Shown here: positions 19,828 through 29,897 of the stretch, piece by piece
Layout of the letters: every line of letters starts with the position of its first letter
Position numbering within the stretch: the stretch's first letter is position 1
Source: a virus
Taxonomy: Duplodnaviria > Caudoviricetes
Length of the DNA: 64,000 bases
Virus record (IMG/VR): IMGVR_UViG_3300029288_006559
Location: 1 to 64,000 of that record
Direction: 5' to 3' (one strand)
Made by a program: the position numbers and the translations under genes
Notes under the pieces: model-generated
What the model was told of the DNA's origin: nothing
Databases searched by the model: none
The model's input: only the letters and a program-made list of their open reading frames with translations

Positions 19828-20531
19828 TGATTAAAATTGCCGTTATACATCCATCGTTTCAGAGAGCAGATCAATGTGCCGCTTGTTTTTCAAGGTGGCA
19901 AGCAGCCGCGGACGATCCATCTCAAATTGAGTATTTGATTGCCTTAGATGCTGTTGATCCTACTTTACATAAATACTTTGAAGCTTTTTCTTACAAACCT
20001 TCTTTTATGAGTGTTGGAAGATTTGTTATAGACGTAGGAGATTCTACAGATTGTGTAAAGGCTGGTTATAGGGTAAGTAAAAGTATTTCTCTTACGACGG
20101 AATTGTTATATCAAAATTCAGATGATGTTTATCCTTGCGAACATTGGGATACCTTATTACTAGAAGCTTTAAAGGGAGTGGATAATTTTGTTACACCGAA
20201 AGCTTTAGCTGTAAATGATGGTTTTTGGGATACTCCTACTTCTTTTGTTTACGCTATTGCTAATAGAGCTTTGTATAATAAACTAGGTTATTTGATCTAT
20301 CCAGAATACAGTTCAATGTATAGTGATAATGATTTTACTGAAGTTTGGAATAAGCTAGGATGTACTATACATGCTCCTCATATTCAGTTTTTACACAAAC
20401 ATTACAGTAAAGGAGGAACGCCTTTTGACGAAACATATGCTCGTAGGAATAATCATGCTGAATTAGATAAAGGGCTAAAGATTTTAAATGCTCGTAGGCA
20501 ACGTAATTTTGATTTAGGAGATATAAAATGA
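19827..20531 (+). CDS. GT2-like glycosyltransferase
   Basis: HPS..R, SDD, YSDNDF, HKH motifs. Confidence 0.75.
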   Translation: MIKIAVIHPSFQRADQCAACFSRWQAAADDPSQIEYLIALDAVDPTLHKYFEAFSYKPSFMSVGRFVIDVGDSTDCVKAGYRVSKSISLTTELLYQNSDDVYPCEHWDTLLLEALKGVDNFVTPKALAVNDGFWDTPTSFVYAIANRALYNKLGYLIYPEYSSMYSDNDFTEVWNKLGCTIHAPHIQFLHKHYSKGGTPFDETYARRNNHAELDKGLKILNARRQRNFDLGDIK

Positions 20532-21544
20532 GAATATTAATTACTGGTATTACAGGCTTTGTAGGTTCACATATGGCTGATTATATATTACGACAGGCTC
20601 CAGAGGCTAAAATTTTTGCTTCTCGTAGGTGGAGGAGTAGAGAAGAAAACATTAGGTGTCTTTTATTTGATCCGAGAGTAAAGTTTGTAGAAGCCGACCT
20701 ACTTGATAGAAGAAGTTTATCTCTTCTCATTGAGGTATCTAAACCTGACTATGTATTTCATTTTGCAGCTCAAAGCTTTCCAGGGGCAAGTTTTCGTATT
20801 CCTGTAGTTACTTTAACAAACAACGGAATAGGAACTGTTAATTTATTAGAAGAGATATTACAGGCACGTGATAAAGGAATTTGTGATCCAGTAATTGTTT
20901 CTGTTAGTAGTTCTGAAGTTTATGGGATGCCAACTCCCGACGAAGTTCCTATAAAAGAAACGAATCCTATCAGAGCAGCTAATCCTTATAGTATATCAAA
21001 AGTTACACAAGATTTAATGAGCCAGTATTATCAAAAAGCTTTTGGATTAAAAATAATTATTACTCGAATGTTTAGCCATGAAGGGGAGAGAAGAGGAAAG
21101 GACTTTGCATTATCTAGTTTTGCTCGTCAAGTAGCTCTTCATGAAACAACTTATTTTTGCAAGACATGTTCTACGAAGATAGACAAGTATAGTATAAGGG
21201 TAGGTAATTTAAACTCTGTTCGTACCTATGCTCATATTGATGACGCTGTAAGAGCGTATTGGCTAGCCGCTACTCAAGGTACAATAGGGGAGATTTACAA
21301 TATAGGTGGAAAACACACGTGTAAGGTTGGGGATGCTTTGAATAATATTATATCAAAGAGTGAAATTCCAAAAGAGAATTTTGAAATTATTGTTGATCCT
21401 GCTCTTGTTCGCCCAACAGATATTACCCTTCAAATTCCTGATTGGTCTAAGTTTAAAGAAGCTACCGGATGGGAGCCTATTAAAACTTTAGATGATATTA
21501 CTCAAGATTTATTGAATTATTGGAGAAGGGAAGTTTCAAAATGA
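20528..21544 (+). CDS. gmd: GDP-mannose 4,6-dehydratase-type extended SDR
   Basis: TGITGFVG, HFAAQS, SSSEVYG, PYSISK, GNLNSVR. Confidence 0.8.
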   Translation: MRILITGITGFVGSHMADYILRQAPEAKIFASRRWRSREENIRCLLFDPRVKFVEADLLDRRSLSLLIEVSKPDYVFHFAAQSFPGASFRIPVVTLTNNGIGTVNLLEEILQARDKGICDPVIVSVSSSEVYGMPTPDEVPIKETNPIRAANPYSISKVTQDLMSQYYQKAFGLKIIITRMFSHEGERRGKDFALSSFARQVALHETTYFCKTCSTKIDKYSIRVGNLNSVRTYAHIDDAVRAYWLAATQGTIGEIYNIGGKHTCKVGDALNNIISKSEIPKENFEIIVDPALVRPTDITLQIPDWSKFKEATGWEPIKTLDDITQDLLNYWRREVSK

Positions 21545-22533
21545 AAAAAATACTAGTATGTGGTGCTAATGGGTTTATGGGGAGGAATATTGTAGAATAT
21601 TTTAACAATATTCTAGATTATGAAGTATACGGGACTTATTGTTTAGGTAAACCTATTGAGCAAAGTGTGTTATCCGGGGATCGTTTACTTGGAGTTGATT
21701 TAACCAAGAAAGGGCATGTAGAAGATATTTTTAAGAGAGTAAATCCCGATATTGTCATACAAGCAGCTGCTGTTACTTCTGGATCTAAAGACATTACAGA
21801 ACGCCCTTATATTCATACAACCGATAACGCTGTAATGAATTCTTTGATCCTCAGAGCTTGTTATGAGCATTCCGTCAAACATTTCTTATTTCTTAGCTGC
21901 GGTGTGATGTACCAGCCGGGGGATGAACCTAGAAAAGAATCTGATTTTAATGAGCACGATGAACTACACAGAAATTATTTCGGTGTAGGGTGGACGAAAA
22001 TTTATATTGAAAAAATGTGTGAGTTTTATTCGCGCCTAGGGCGAACAAAGCATACTGTGATTCGTCATTCTAATACATATGGCCCTTACGATAAGTACGA
22101 CTTAGAGAAGTCCCATGTGTTTGGAGCCACTGTTAGAAAAGTTATGGATGCTAAAGATGGGGATACTATTACCGTATGGGGAAATGGAGAAGATACTGCA
22201 AGAGATTTAATCTATGTTGAGGATGTTACGAGGTTTATAGAAAATGCTATAGACTTACAACAATCTTCTTTTGAGCTTGTAAATGTCTCTTATGGAAGAG
22301 CTATTACAGTTAGAGAAATGGTAGAAGCTATAATTTTTCATTCTAATAAGGATTTAAAAATTAATTACGATACTTCAAAACCTTCTATCCCTACAAAGTT
22401 AGTACTTGATCGGGAGAAGGCTAGCAAGTTATTCAAATGGCATCCTAGAGTATCCTTTCAGGATGGTGTTTTTAGAACAATTAAGTGGTATAAAGATTAT
22501 TATGGAATAAAGAAATATGGATCTGAAACTTAA
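21541..22533 (+). CDS. GDP-fucose-synthase-like NDP-sugar epimerase (Tyr-less)
   Basis: GANGFMG, NTYGPYD, SHV, VWGNG; VGWTK at the YxxxK position. Confidence 0.8.
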   Translation: MKKILVCGANGFMGRNIVEYFNNILDYEVYGTYCLGKPIEQSVLSGDRLLGVDLTKKGHVEDIFKRVNPDIVIQAAAVTSGSKDITERPYIHTTDNAVMNSLILRACYEHSVKHFLFLSCGVMYQPGDEPRKESDFNEHDELHRNYFGVGWTKIYIEKMCEFYSRLGRTKHTVIRHSNTYGPYDKYDLEKSHVFGATVRKVMDAKDGDTITVWGNGEDTARDLIYVEDVTRFIENAIDLQQSSFELVNVSYGRAITVREMVEAIIFHSNKDLKINYDTSKPSIPTKLVLDREKASKLFKWHPRVSFQDGVFRTIKWYKDYYGIKKYGSET

Positions 22534-23278
22534 AGCAAAACAATTAAGAACCAAAATGCTTACGACCGCTTCTAATGTAGGAAGAGGGCATCTCGGAGGA
22601 GCTTTGTCTTGTACGGATATTTTGATAGCTCTTTATTATCAAGATTTTCTTAAAAACAATAATTTTGTTCTAAGTAAAGGGCATTCTGCTATTGCTCTTT
22701 ATACTATATTAAATGATTTAGGAAAACTCGCTCCTTACGATTTATCGTATTTTTGTCAAAACGGAAGCGTTTTGGCTGAACATCCTAGTATATTGATTCC
22801 AGGAGTAGTAGCTACTACAGGTTCTCTCGGGCACGGGTTAGGAATTGCAACAGGGATGGCGTTAGCTGATAAGTTAGCTGAAAATAATAGAAAAACTTAT
22901 GTACTCGTTGGAGATGGAGAGTGTAATGAAGGGTCTATTTGGGAAGCAGTTCAATTTGCAGCTGAGCAAGAACTAGGTAATCTTCATATGATTATAGATC
23001 GTAATGGATTGAGATCAACAGATGAAGATAGAAGATATGATTTACAAAATATTTTATCATCTTTTGGGTGGTTTACTACTATAGTAAATGGACATGATTA
23101 TAAAGATTTAACAGAAGCTTTTACGTATGTTCCTATTCCTCCTTTTAGGCGTCCTAGAGCTTATATTGCATACACAACAAAAGGTAAAGGTATTTCTTTT
23201 ATGGAAAATGATGTACGTTGGCATAATGGAGTACCAAAGGGAATTTTATTACAAAAAGCTTTGCAGGAGCTTTTATGA
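22517..23278 (+). CDS. transketolase N-terminal (ThDP-binding) subunit
   Basis: GHLGG, SKGHS, TGSLGHG, GDGECNEGSIWEA...DRN, TKGKG. Confidence 0.92.
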   Translation: MDLKLKAKQLRTKMLTTASNVGRGHLGGALSCTDILIALYYQDFLKNNNFVLSKGHSAIALYTILNDLGKLAPYDLSYFCQNGSVLAEHPSILIPGVVATTGSLGHGLGIATGMALADKLAENNRKTYVLVGDGECNEGSIWEAVQFAAEQELGNLHMIIDRNGLRSTDEDRRYDLQNILSSFGWFTTIVNGHDYKDLTEAFTYVPIPPFRRPRAYIAYTTKGKGISFMENDVRWHNGVPKGILLQKALQELL

Positions 23279-24198
23279 ACGACTTGAGAGATGAATTTTT
23301 TGATGAGCTGGTTTTTTTAGCAAAAAATAATTCAAACGTTATTCTTTTAACAGCTGATATGGGAGCTCAAGGTTTGGAGAAGTTTCAAAAAGAACTTCCA
23401 AAGCAATTTTTCAACGTAGGTATTTCTGAACAAAATTTGATAAGCGTTGCTGCTGGTCTTGCTTTAGCTGGAAAGAAAGTTTATGTGTACACTATTTCTG
23501 CTTTTCTTATTCAAAGGGCTTTAGACCAAATTAAAGTTGATCTCTGCGGAATGAATTTACCCGTAACACTAGTAGGTGTAGGCGGGGGAATTTCATATAC
23601 ATATGATGCTTTTACTCATCATATTCCTCAAGATATTGCTATTATGAACTCTCTTCCTAACATGACCATTCGTTGTCCTTATGATATCGAAACTACTCGT
23701 CAAAGTGTTCTTCTTACTTTCACAAGCAAATCTCCATGTTATATCAGACTTGAAAAGGGAGATTTGCTTAATCTAAGTGTTTTGTCTAAAATTGAAGGTA
23801 TAAATATTTTTTTGCGGGGTGACGCTTGTACTGTTATAACATACGGTCGTTTGATTCATAAAATTCTTCCTATTGCATGTCATACTACAATTACAGGGGG
23901 ATCTGTAGGTTGTATGGGAATAGAGAGAATAAAACCTTTTCCAGAAGAAGTTTTTATTGAACAAATTAAAAATGTTGAGCATTTAATTATTGTTGAAGAA
24001 CATTCTCGAATTGGTGGACTTGGTTCTATTATTAGTGAAATACTAGTGAGAAGAAATATATCAAAAAAAGTTTCTTTTTATAATCTTGAAGATAAGGTTT
24101 GTAACCTTTCTGGGGATGAAGATTTTATTTATTCGTATTATGGTTTAAACTTAAAAAAACTTCGAACAGATATTTTTGAGGAGGTAATAAAGAAATGA
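23275..24198 (+). CDS. transketolase C-terminal subunit
   Basis: NVGISEQN, RALDQI, THH, EEHSRIGGLG. Confidence 0.92.
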   Translation: MNDLRDEFFDELVFLAKNNSNVILLTADMGAQGLEKFQKELPKQFFNVGISEQNLISVAAGLALAGKKVYVYTISAFLIQRALDQIKVDLCGMNLPVTLVGVGGGISYTYDAFTHHIPQDIAIMNSLPNMTIRCPYDIETTRQSVLLTFTSKSPCYIRLEKGDLLNLSVLSKIEGINIFLRGDACTVITYGRLIHKILPIACHTTITGGSVGCMGIERIKPFPEEVFIEQIKNVEHLIIVEEHSRIGGLGSIISEILVRRNISKKVSFYNLEDKVCNLSGDEDFIYSYYGLNLKKLRTDIFEEVIKK

Positions 24199-24680
24199 AA
24201 ATTAATCTAGGATGTGGTATGAACAAGTTACCAGGATTTGTTAATATAGATGCAAATCCTTCTTTCGCACCCGATAGGATTGAAGATGTTCGTAATATTG
24301 TTTTTGCTCCCAATTCTATCGATGAAGTAGCTTTTTCTCATGTGTTAGAGCATCTTCCAAAATCATTTTATGAAGAGATATTAAAAAGAATTTATTCATG
24401 GTTAAAACCAGGGGCAAAACTCTATATATCTGTACCTGATTTACCTAAAGTATGTGAAGCATATTTAAGAACGAAAGATCCGTTTTTGCTTTTTTGGATA
24501 TATGGATCCGGGGAAGAGGATAGAATGTCTCATTGTTGGGGTTTCGATACAAACTCTTTACATACTCTTTTAACCCAAATTGGGTTTGCCTATACAGAGG
24601 ATTTTCCCGGTCTTGGGGGGGACTCTTCTTTTGTTTATGATGGAGTTCTTTTGTCTATAAACAGGATATATCAAAAGTGA
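24195..24680 (+). CDS. SAM-dependent methyltransferase (type 11-like)
   Basis: NLGCG, SHVLEH, LKPG...VPD. Confidence 0.88.
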   Translation: MKINLGCGMNKLPGFVNIDANPSFAPDRIEDVRNIVFAPNSIDEVAFSHVLEHLPKSFYEEILKRIYSWLKPGAKLYISVPDLPKVCEAYLRTKDPFLLFWIYGSGEEDRMSHCWGFDTNSLHTLLTQIGFAYTEDFPGLGGDSSFVYDGVLLSINRIYQK

Positions 24681-25399
24681 AAGACGTAAGCGTAATTGTT
24701 TCTTCAATTCGACCGGAGTATTGGGATAGGTTTTATAGATCTATTTCTAATTGTAAAGCGGATTTTGAAGTCATCTTTGTAGGACCAACTCCAGATGGAC
24801 CTCTTCCTAGATGTAGATATGTACAAACATCCGTAAAACCTTCACAATGTTGGCACATTGCTATTAGTCAAGCAGAATCAGATAGAATTTTTCTTATTGG
24901 AGATGATTTTTTCTTTTCAGAACATTTGCTTGACAAATTTCTTCAGCAAGTAAGTGAAGCAGGTGAGAATTTTATTGCAAGTTGTGAGATACGTTGTGGT
25001 GGGAAAGCAGTACCTGCACAACATTATTTCTTTGATTGGAGAAATAGTCTGGGACCTAAAGCCGTATATGGGGTTATGTTTAGTAAGAAATATTACTTTG
25101 AAGTAGGAGGATTTGATTCTTCATTTATTGCTTTATACATGGATTGGGATTTGATAGAAAGATTAAGAAGAATAGGTGCGAAGGAGATTTTTATTTCGGA
25201 TTGTTTTGTAGATGAATCTTGTGAAGTTAGATTAACCACAAGATTAAATGAAACTGATTTTGCTTATTTGCTCGATTGCTGGCTTGACGGCGATAAAATA
25301 CGTGAACAGAGGAAGCATCCTATAATACCTTTCACTGAAAAAGATATTTTAATACTTTCACAAGGACCTAAAAGTATTCCTGGAAGGGAATGGGTATAA
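24677..25399 (+). CDS. GT2-like glycosyltransferase
   Basis: VSVIVSSIR, IGDD, GGFD, YMDWD. Confidence 0.75.
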   Translation: MKDVSVIVSSIRPEYWDRFYRSISNCKADFEVIFVGPTPDGPLPRCRYVQTSVKPSQCWHIAISQAESDRIFLIGDDFFFSEHLLDKFLQQVSEAGENFIASCEIRCGGKAVPAQHYFFDWRNSLGPKAVYGVMFSKKYYFEVGGFDSSFIALYMDWDLIERLRRIGAKEIFISDCFVDESCEVRLTTRLNETDFAYLLDCWLDGDKIREQRKHPIIPFTEKDILILSQGPKSIPGREWV

Positions 25400-25402
25400 A
25401 TT

Positions 25403-26107
25403 ATGTCATGGACAGATTTTAAGGCTATTGAAACTTTTTGTAAGTTAAGAGATGAATTCAATATTAATTATTTTATAGAAACAGGAACCTTTAGAGCTCA
25501 AGGAGCTCGTGTAATGTCTTCTTTTTTTAAAGATGTATTTTCGTGTGAAATAAATTTGGATTATTGTATTGTAGCAAGAAAGAATACGGAAGATATTCCC
25601 AATGTTAGGATATTTTTAGAAGATAGTACTGTCTTTCTTAAAGCACTTTCTAGAATATTTTATGATCCTGTATTTTATTATTTAGATGCTCATTTCTACG
25701 ATTCTAAACTACCGAAGGAAGAGAGATTTACAATAAAAAGAGAATTAGAGGCTATAAAATCTTCAAAAAATTGTGTGATTGCTATTCACGATTTCGATAC
25801 GCGTAATGGTTTGGGTCATTTAGTATACGATGGTATTCCCCTCGATTTTGAAGTTGTAAAGGAAGGTTTAAGGAAAATTAATCCTGATTTTGTATTTTAT
25901 ACAAATTACAAAGAAGCTTGTAAAATTGTAATTCAAGACGATATAGCTACGGGTAAGCTTCCTCATCTAACGTTAACTTCTGATATGAAAGATTCTTTAG
26001 ACTTTATTTGGTCAGATCCTTTTAAAACATATAGGGGTATTTTATATTGTGTTCCTAAAGAATTAGATTTAACTAAATACGAATTACATAAGGTAGATTG
26101 GAAATGA
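25403..26107 (+). CDS. methyltransferase-like protein
   Basis: FIETGT, SCEI, YLDAH, IHDF. Confidence 0.7.
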   Translation: MSWTDFKAIETFCKLRDEFNINYFIETGTFRAQGARVMSSFFKDVFSCEINLDYCIVARKNTEDIPNVRIFLEDSTVFLKALSRIFYDPVFYYLDAHFYDSKLPKEERFTIKRELEAIKSSKNCVIAIHDFDTRNGLGHLVYDGIPLDFEVVKEGLRKINPDFVFYTNYKEACKIVIQDDIATGKLPHLTLTSDMKDSLDFIWSDPFKTYRGILYCVPKELDLTKYELHKVDWK

Positions 26108-26844
26108 AGATTAAACAAGCTATTGTAACAGGAGGGACACATGGCATCGGGTTGGCAATTGTAAAACAACTTGTAGAAGAAGGGTATTCTGTAATTACTG
26201 CATCTAGAAACGCCCCTAGTATAGAAATGAAAAATACTTTTCATTTCCCCACAGATTTTACTACTGAAAAAGGCATAAATCGTTTTATTGATTTTCTTTA
26301 TGACAATAATAATAATTATACTAAAGCGAGTGTATTGATAAATAACGTAGGCGGAGGAGGAAGATGGGGGAAAGAAAATACTTTGGCTACAGATGAATAT
26401 ATTTGGCAAGAGGTTTGGAATAAGAATTATCAAATTGCTCGTAAATTAACTCTTGCTGTGCTACCTTATATGAAACAAGAAAATTGGGGAAGAGTAATTA
26501 CGGTGTCTTCTATTTATGGAAAAGAGGCGGGAGGAAGACCTTGGTTTACCGTTGCTAAAGCAGCTGAGATTGCTTTAATGAAATCTTTTGCAAAATGTAA
26601 AGATCTTGTTAGACATGGTATTACATTTAATACCGTTTGTCCAGGAGCTATTTATATTCCAGGTACTGGATGGGACAATATGTCAGGCATAGATAAGATA
26701 GAATTCGAAGATTCATTACCTATAGGAAGAATGGGTAGTCCTGAAGAAGTGGCTAGTGTAGTGAAGTTTCTTTGTTCAAATGAAGCTTCTTTTGTTAACG
26801 GAGCTTGTATTACAGTGGATGGGGGAGAAAGTAGGAGTTTTTAG
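26104..26844 (+). CDS. classical SDR oxidoreductase (FxxxK variant)
   Basis: TGGTHGIG, NNVGG, WFTVAK, GRMG.PEE, VDGG. Confidence 0.88.
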   Translation: MKIKQAIVTGGTHGIGLAIVKQLVEEGYSVITASRNAPSIEMKNTFHFPTDFTTEKGINRFIDFLYDNNNNYTKASVLINNVGGGGRWGKENTLATDEYIWQEVWNKNYQIARKLTLAVLPYMKQENWGRVITVSSIYGKEAGGRPWFTVAKAAEIALMKSFAKCKDLVRHGITFNTVCPGAIYIPGTGWDNMSGIDKIEFEDSLPIGRMGSPEEVASVVKFLCSNEASFVNGACITVDGGESRSF

Positions 26845-26846
26845 GC

Positions 26847-27464
26847 ATGACAGATCATACAGTAGAATCTTTAAAAGCTTTTGAAGATAAGGTAATAAAA
26901 CACTTTGAAGCAGGCAAGATCCGAGGACCAGTACATTTATCTCGTGGTAATGAAGAGGCTTTAATTGAAATTTTTAAAGATATAGATTCAGATGACTGGG
27001 TATTTTCTACTTGGCGCAATCACTACCACGCCTTACTACATGGAATTTCAGAAGAGTGGTTAATGAAAGAAATTCTTGCTGGCAGAAGTATTAATATTAA
27101 CAATGCAGAACATCATTTCTACACTTCCGCAATTGTAGGAGGGATTATTCCAATTGCACTAGGGGTAGCAAAAGCTTTAAAGATAAAAGCAGTATCTAAC
27201 AAAGTTTGGTGCTTCATAGGAGATATGACTTATCGTACAGGTATTTTTACAGAGGTGAATAGATATGCCCGTAATTTTGAGTTGCCTATTAATTTCGTAG
27301 TTGAAGATAATAATTTTAGTACTAATACTCCTACAGATGAGTGTTGGAAACTCTCTCGTAATACCTTATTAGAAAACAAGGTCATAAGAGAAGGTAATCT
27401 TTATTATTATCAATACACTCGGCAATTTCCTCATGTAGGTATAGGAAAGTTTGTTCATTTCTAA
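26847..27464 (+). CDS. truncated pyruvate dehydrogenase E1 alpha-like ThDP enzyme
   Basis: GPVHLSRGNE, WRNHYH, SAIVGG, GD...EDNN. Confidence 0.85.
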   Translation: MTDHTVESLKAFEDKVIKHFEAGKIRGPVHLSRGNEEALIEIFKDIDSDDWVFSTWRNHYHALLHGISEEWLMKEILAGRSININNAEHHFYTSAIVGGIIPIALGVAKALKIKAVSNKVWCFIGDMTYRTGIFTEVNRYARNFELPINFVVEDNNFSTNTPTDECWKLSRNTLLENKVIREGNLYYYQYTRQFPHVGIGKFVHF

Positions 27465-27475
27465 GAGAGGTTATT

Positions 27476-28006
27476 ATGAAGTATTTCGATGAACTTGTGA
27501 GAGCTATGGATATGTTGGCTACACATCCTAAAGTTATTTTTTTAGGACAATCGGTTGTCTGGGATGGGCATGCTCTGTTTAAAACATTAAGAAACATTCC
27601 TATAGAGAAAAGGTTAGAAATGCCTGTAGCTGAAGACATGCAGATGGGATTTTCTACAGGATTAGCCTTAGAAGGATTTATTCCAGTATCTATTTTTCCA
27701 CGCTGGGATTTTCTACTCTTAGCTATGAACCAAATGGTGAATCACTTAGATAAAGTTCCTTTATTAGGCAGTATGACGCCTAAAGTTATTATTAGGACCT
27801 CTATTGGAAGTAAGAAACCTTTAAATCCAGGCTTGCAGCATTGTCAGGATTATACAGAAGCTGTTAAAAAAATGGTAACTACATTAGATGTTATTGATCT
27901 TACTGAACCAGAGCAGATTTATCCTTCTTACGAGAAAGCTTTAAATCGTCTTGATAGATGTTCGACGTTATTAGTAGAGCATATGGATTTTTATAATGAA
28001 AAATAG
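27476..28006 (+). CDS. truncated pyruvate dehydrogenase E1 beta-like subunit
   Basis: LGQSV, EMPVAE, AMNQMVN, QH; lacks the C-terminal domain. Confidence 0.85.
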   Translation: MKYFDELVRAMDMLATHPKVIFLGQSVVWDGHALFKTLRNIPIEKRLEMPVAEDMQMGFSTGLALEGFIPVSIFPRWDFLLLAMNQMVNHLDKVPLLGSMTPKVIIRTSIGSKKPLNPGLQHCQDYTEAVKKMVTTLDVIDLTEPEQIYPSYEKALNRLDRCSTLLVEHMDFYNEK

Positions 28007-28098
28007 GAGATAATAATGGGCTGGAGTAGAGAAAAAAAATTCGGAGTGGGTTAAGAAAAAATTCTAAGTTCTTATTTAAAGAAGAGAGGGTATGTGCA

Positions 28099-29094
28099 AT
28101 GATTCCGCAAAGAGTATTAGAATCTTTTACCGGTAAATATTGTTTAGTTACTGGGGGCACCGGCTTAATAGGTAGACAAGTTGTTGAGATCTTGTCAAAA
28201 GCTGGAGCCAATGTAGATGTTGTTTCTTTGGATTTTATTGATTTAGGTTTACCTAATGTAGAAACATATCGATGTGATCTTAGACAACCTGATGTTTGTC
28301 GAGATCTTGTTACTGGGTGTGATTACGTATTTCACTTGGCGGGTGTCAAGGGCTCTGTAGAAGTAACTAAATCAAAACCAGCTAGTTTTTTCGTTCCTTT
28401 GTTGCAGTTTAATACCAACGTTTTAGAAGCTTGCAAAGAGCTCAGAGTCGAAAAGGTGATATATACTAGTTCTATCGGAGCTTACGAAAGCGCAGAGGTG
28501 TTTGTAGAAGGAGATATTACGCAAGGACCTCCTATGGATCTTTTTCCCGGATGGGCCAAACGTATGGCGGAGCTGCAAATTCAAGCTTATAAAATACAAC
28601 ATGGTTTGAATAATTTTACAGTTGTTAGACCTTGCAACGTTTACGGACCGGGGGATAATTTTGATCCTGAAAATGCAATGTTTATACCTTCTCTTATGTC
28701 CAAAATTCATAGAGGAGATAACCCTGTTATGATCTGGGGAGATGGAACTGTTATTAGAGATTTTGCTTTTAGTAGAGATGTAGCTGAAGGAATTATTTTA
28801 GCTTTGTATTACCAACCCGATGTGCCTTATCTAAATTTAGGGAGTGGGGTGGGAGTTTCTGTAAAGGAGTTGGTAGAGACAATGAATAGAGTAGTTTCTT
28901 TTAATTATAAATTTGATATTACTAAACCTTCAGGATTTCCAAAAAGAGTTATGAATATTGAAAAAGCGATGAAGTTAATAGATTACAATCCTATAACTAC
29001 TCTTGAACAAGGATTGAGAGAAACATGGGAATGGTTTATAAAGAATGAAGAAGAATATAAACAAAGAAAAAATTATTTTTCTGAGGAGGAATAA
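28099..29094 (+). CDS. NAD-dependent NDP-sugar epimerase, Fcl-like (Tyr-less)
   Basis: TGGTGLIG, NVYGPGDNF, WGDG; PGWAK at the YxxxK position. Confidence 0.85.
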   Translation: MIPQRVLESFTGKYCLVTGGTGLIGRQVVEILSKAGANVDVVSLDFIDLGLPNVETYRCDLRQPDVCRDLVTGCDYVFHLAGVKGSVEVTKSKPASFFVPLLQFNTNVLEACKELRVEKVIYTSSIGAYESAEVFVEGDITQGPPMDLFPGWAKRMAELQIQAYKIQHGLNNFTVVRPCNVYGPGDNFDPENAMFIPSLMSKIHRGDNPVMIWGDGTVIRDFAFSRDVAEGIILALYYQPDVPYLNLGSGVGVSVKELVETMNRVVSFNYKFDITKPSGFPKRVMNIEKAMKLIDYNPITTLEQGLRETWEWFIKNEEEYKQRKNYFSEEE

Positions 29095-29097
29095 ATT

Positions 29098-29349
29098 ATG
29101 GAACCAGGAAAAAAGAGTTGGAAAGAATTTCAGGAAACAGGTTTGCTATGGTGGATTAATCGAATATTGCATACTTTTGGCTGGGCAATAACATTAGTTC
29201 AAATGGAAGACGGTACTGTTACAGAGGCTTATCCTGCAAGATGCAGATTTAGAGGTTTTGCATATGAGGATGAGGAAAAAGGTTTTAAGAGTGTATCTAA
29301 TTATATGGCTAGTGAAGCTGAGGAATTGAAGAAAGAAGCAAATTCTTAA
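29098..29349 (+). CDS. conserved phage hypothetical protein
   Basis: GAGGAGG RBS; GLLWWINRILHTFGWAI. Confidence 0.65.
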   Translation: MEPGKKSWKEFQETGLLWWINRILHTFGWAITLVQMEDGTVTEAYPARCRFRGFAYEDEEKGFKSVSNYMASEAEELKKEANS

Positions 29350-29360
29350 AAGGGAAAGTT

Positions 29361-29897
29361 ATGAAAATTATACCAACAAAATTTGAAAAGGCAAAGTTGA
29401 TTGAACTTCCTATATTTAGAGATTTTCGGGGAGATTACGTAGAAACTTATAATGAGAATTTTTATAAGGCTTTAGATGTACCTATGCCTTTTGTTCAGGA
29501 CAGTTTTTCTACATCCAGGAAAGATGTTTTAAGGGGGTTTCACGGGGATCCTTTAACATGGAAACTCATACAAGTAGTTTCAGGTGAAGTTTATGAGGTG
29601 ATAGTTGATTTGAATGAAAATAGTCCTACTTATCTAGAATGGGAAGCATTTATTATAGGAGAGAAAGATCGAAGACAGCTTCTAATCCCTCCAGGATTTG
29701 GTAATGCTATGTTGGCTTTAACGGATAATGTAGTTTATTACTATAAACAGACTACATATTATGGGCAGGCAAGACAATTTACTGTAAGATGGGATGATCC
29801 TACTTTGAAGGTTTTTTGGCCTATAGACAATCCCATATTATCAAAAAGGGATACTAAAGGGAAACAGGTTTATATTGGAGGAACAAAGCAAATATGA
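29361..29897 (+). CDS. rmlC: dTDP-4-dehydrorhamnose 3,5-epimerase (RmlC family)
   Basis: DFRG, VQDS.S.S, VLRGFH, IPPGFG, WDDP, LSKRD. Confidence 0.9.
   Translation: MKIIPTKFEKAKLIELPIFRDFRGDYVETYNENFYKALDVPMPFVQDSFSTSRKDVLRGFHGDPLTWKLIQVVSGEVYEVIVDLNENSPTYLEWEAFIIGEKDRRQLLIPPGFGNAMLALTDNVVYYYKQTTYYGQARQFTVRWDDPTLKVFWPIDNPILSKRDTKGKQVYIGGTKQI

Noticed and set aside
22517-28006. Transketolase and PDH as central-carbon auxiliary metabolic genes
   Set aside because: The E1-like subunits are truncated, E2/E3 are absent, and both pairs are embedded among NDP-sugar genes, which fits sugar tailoring better.
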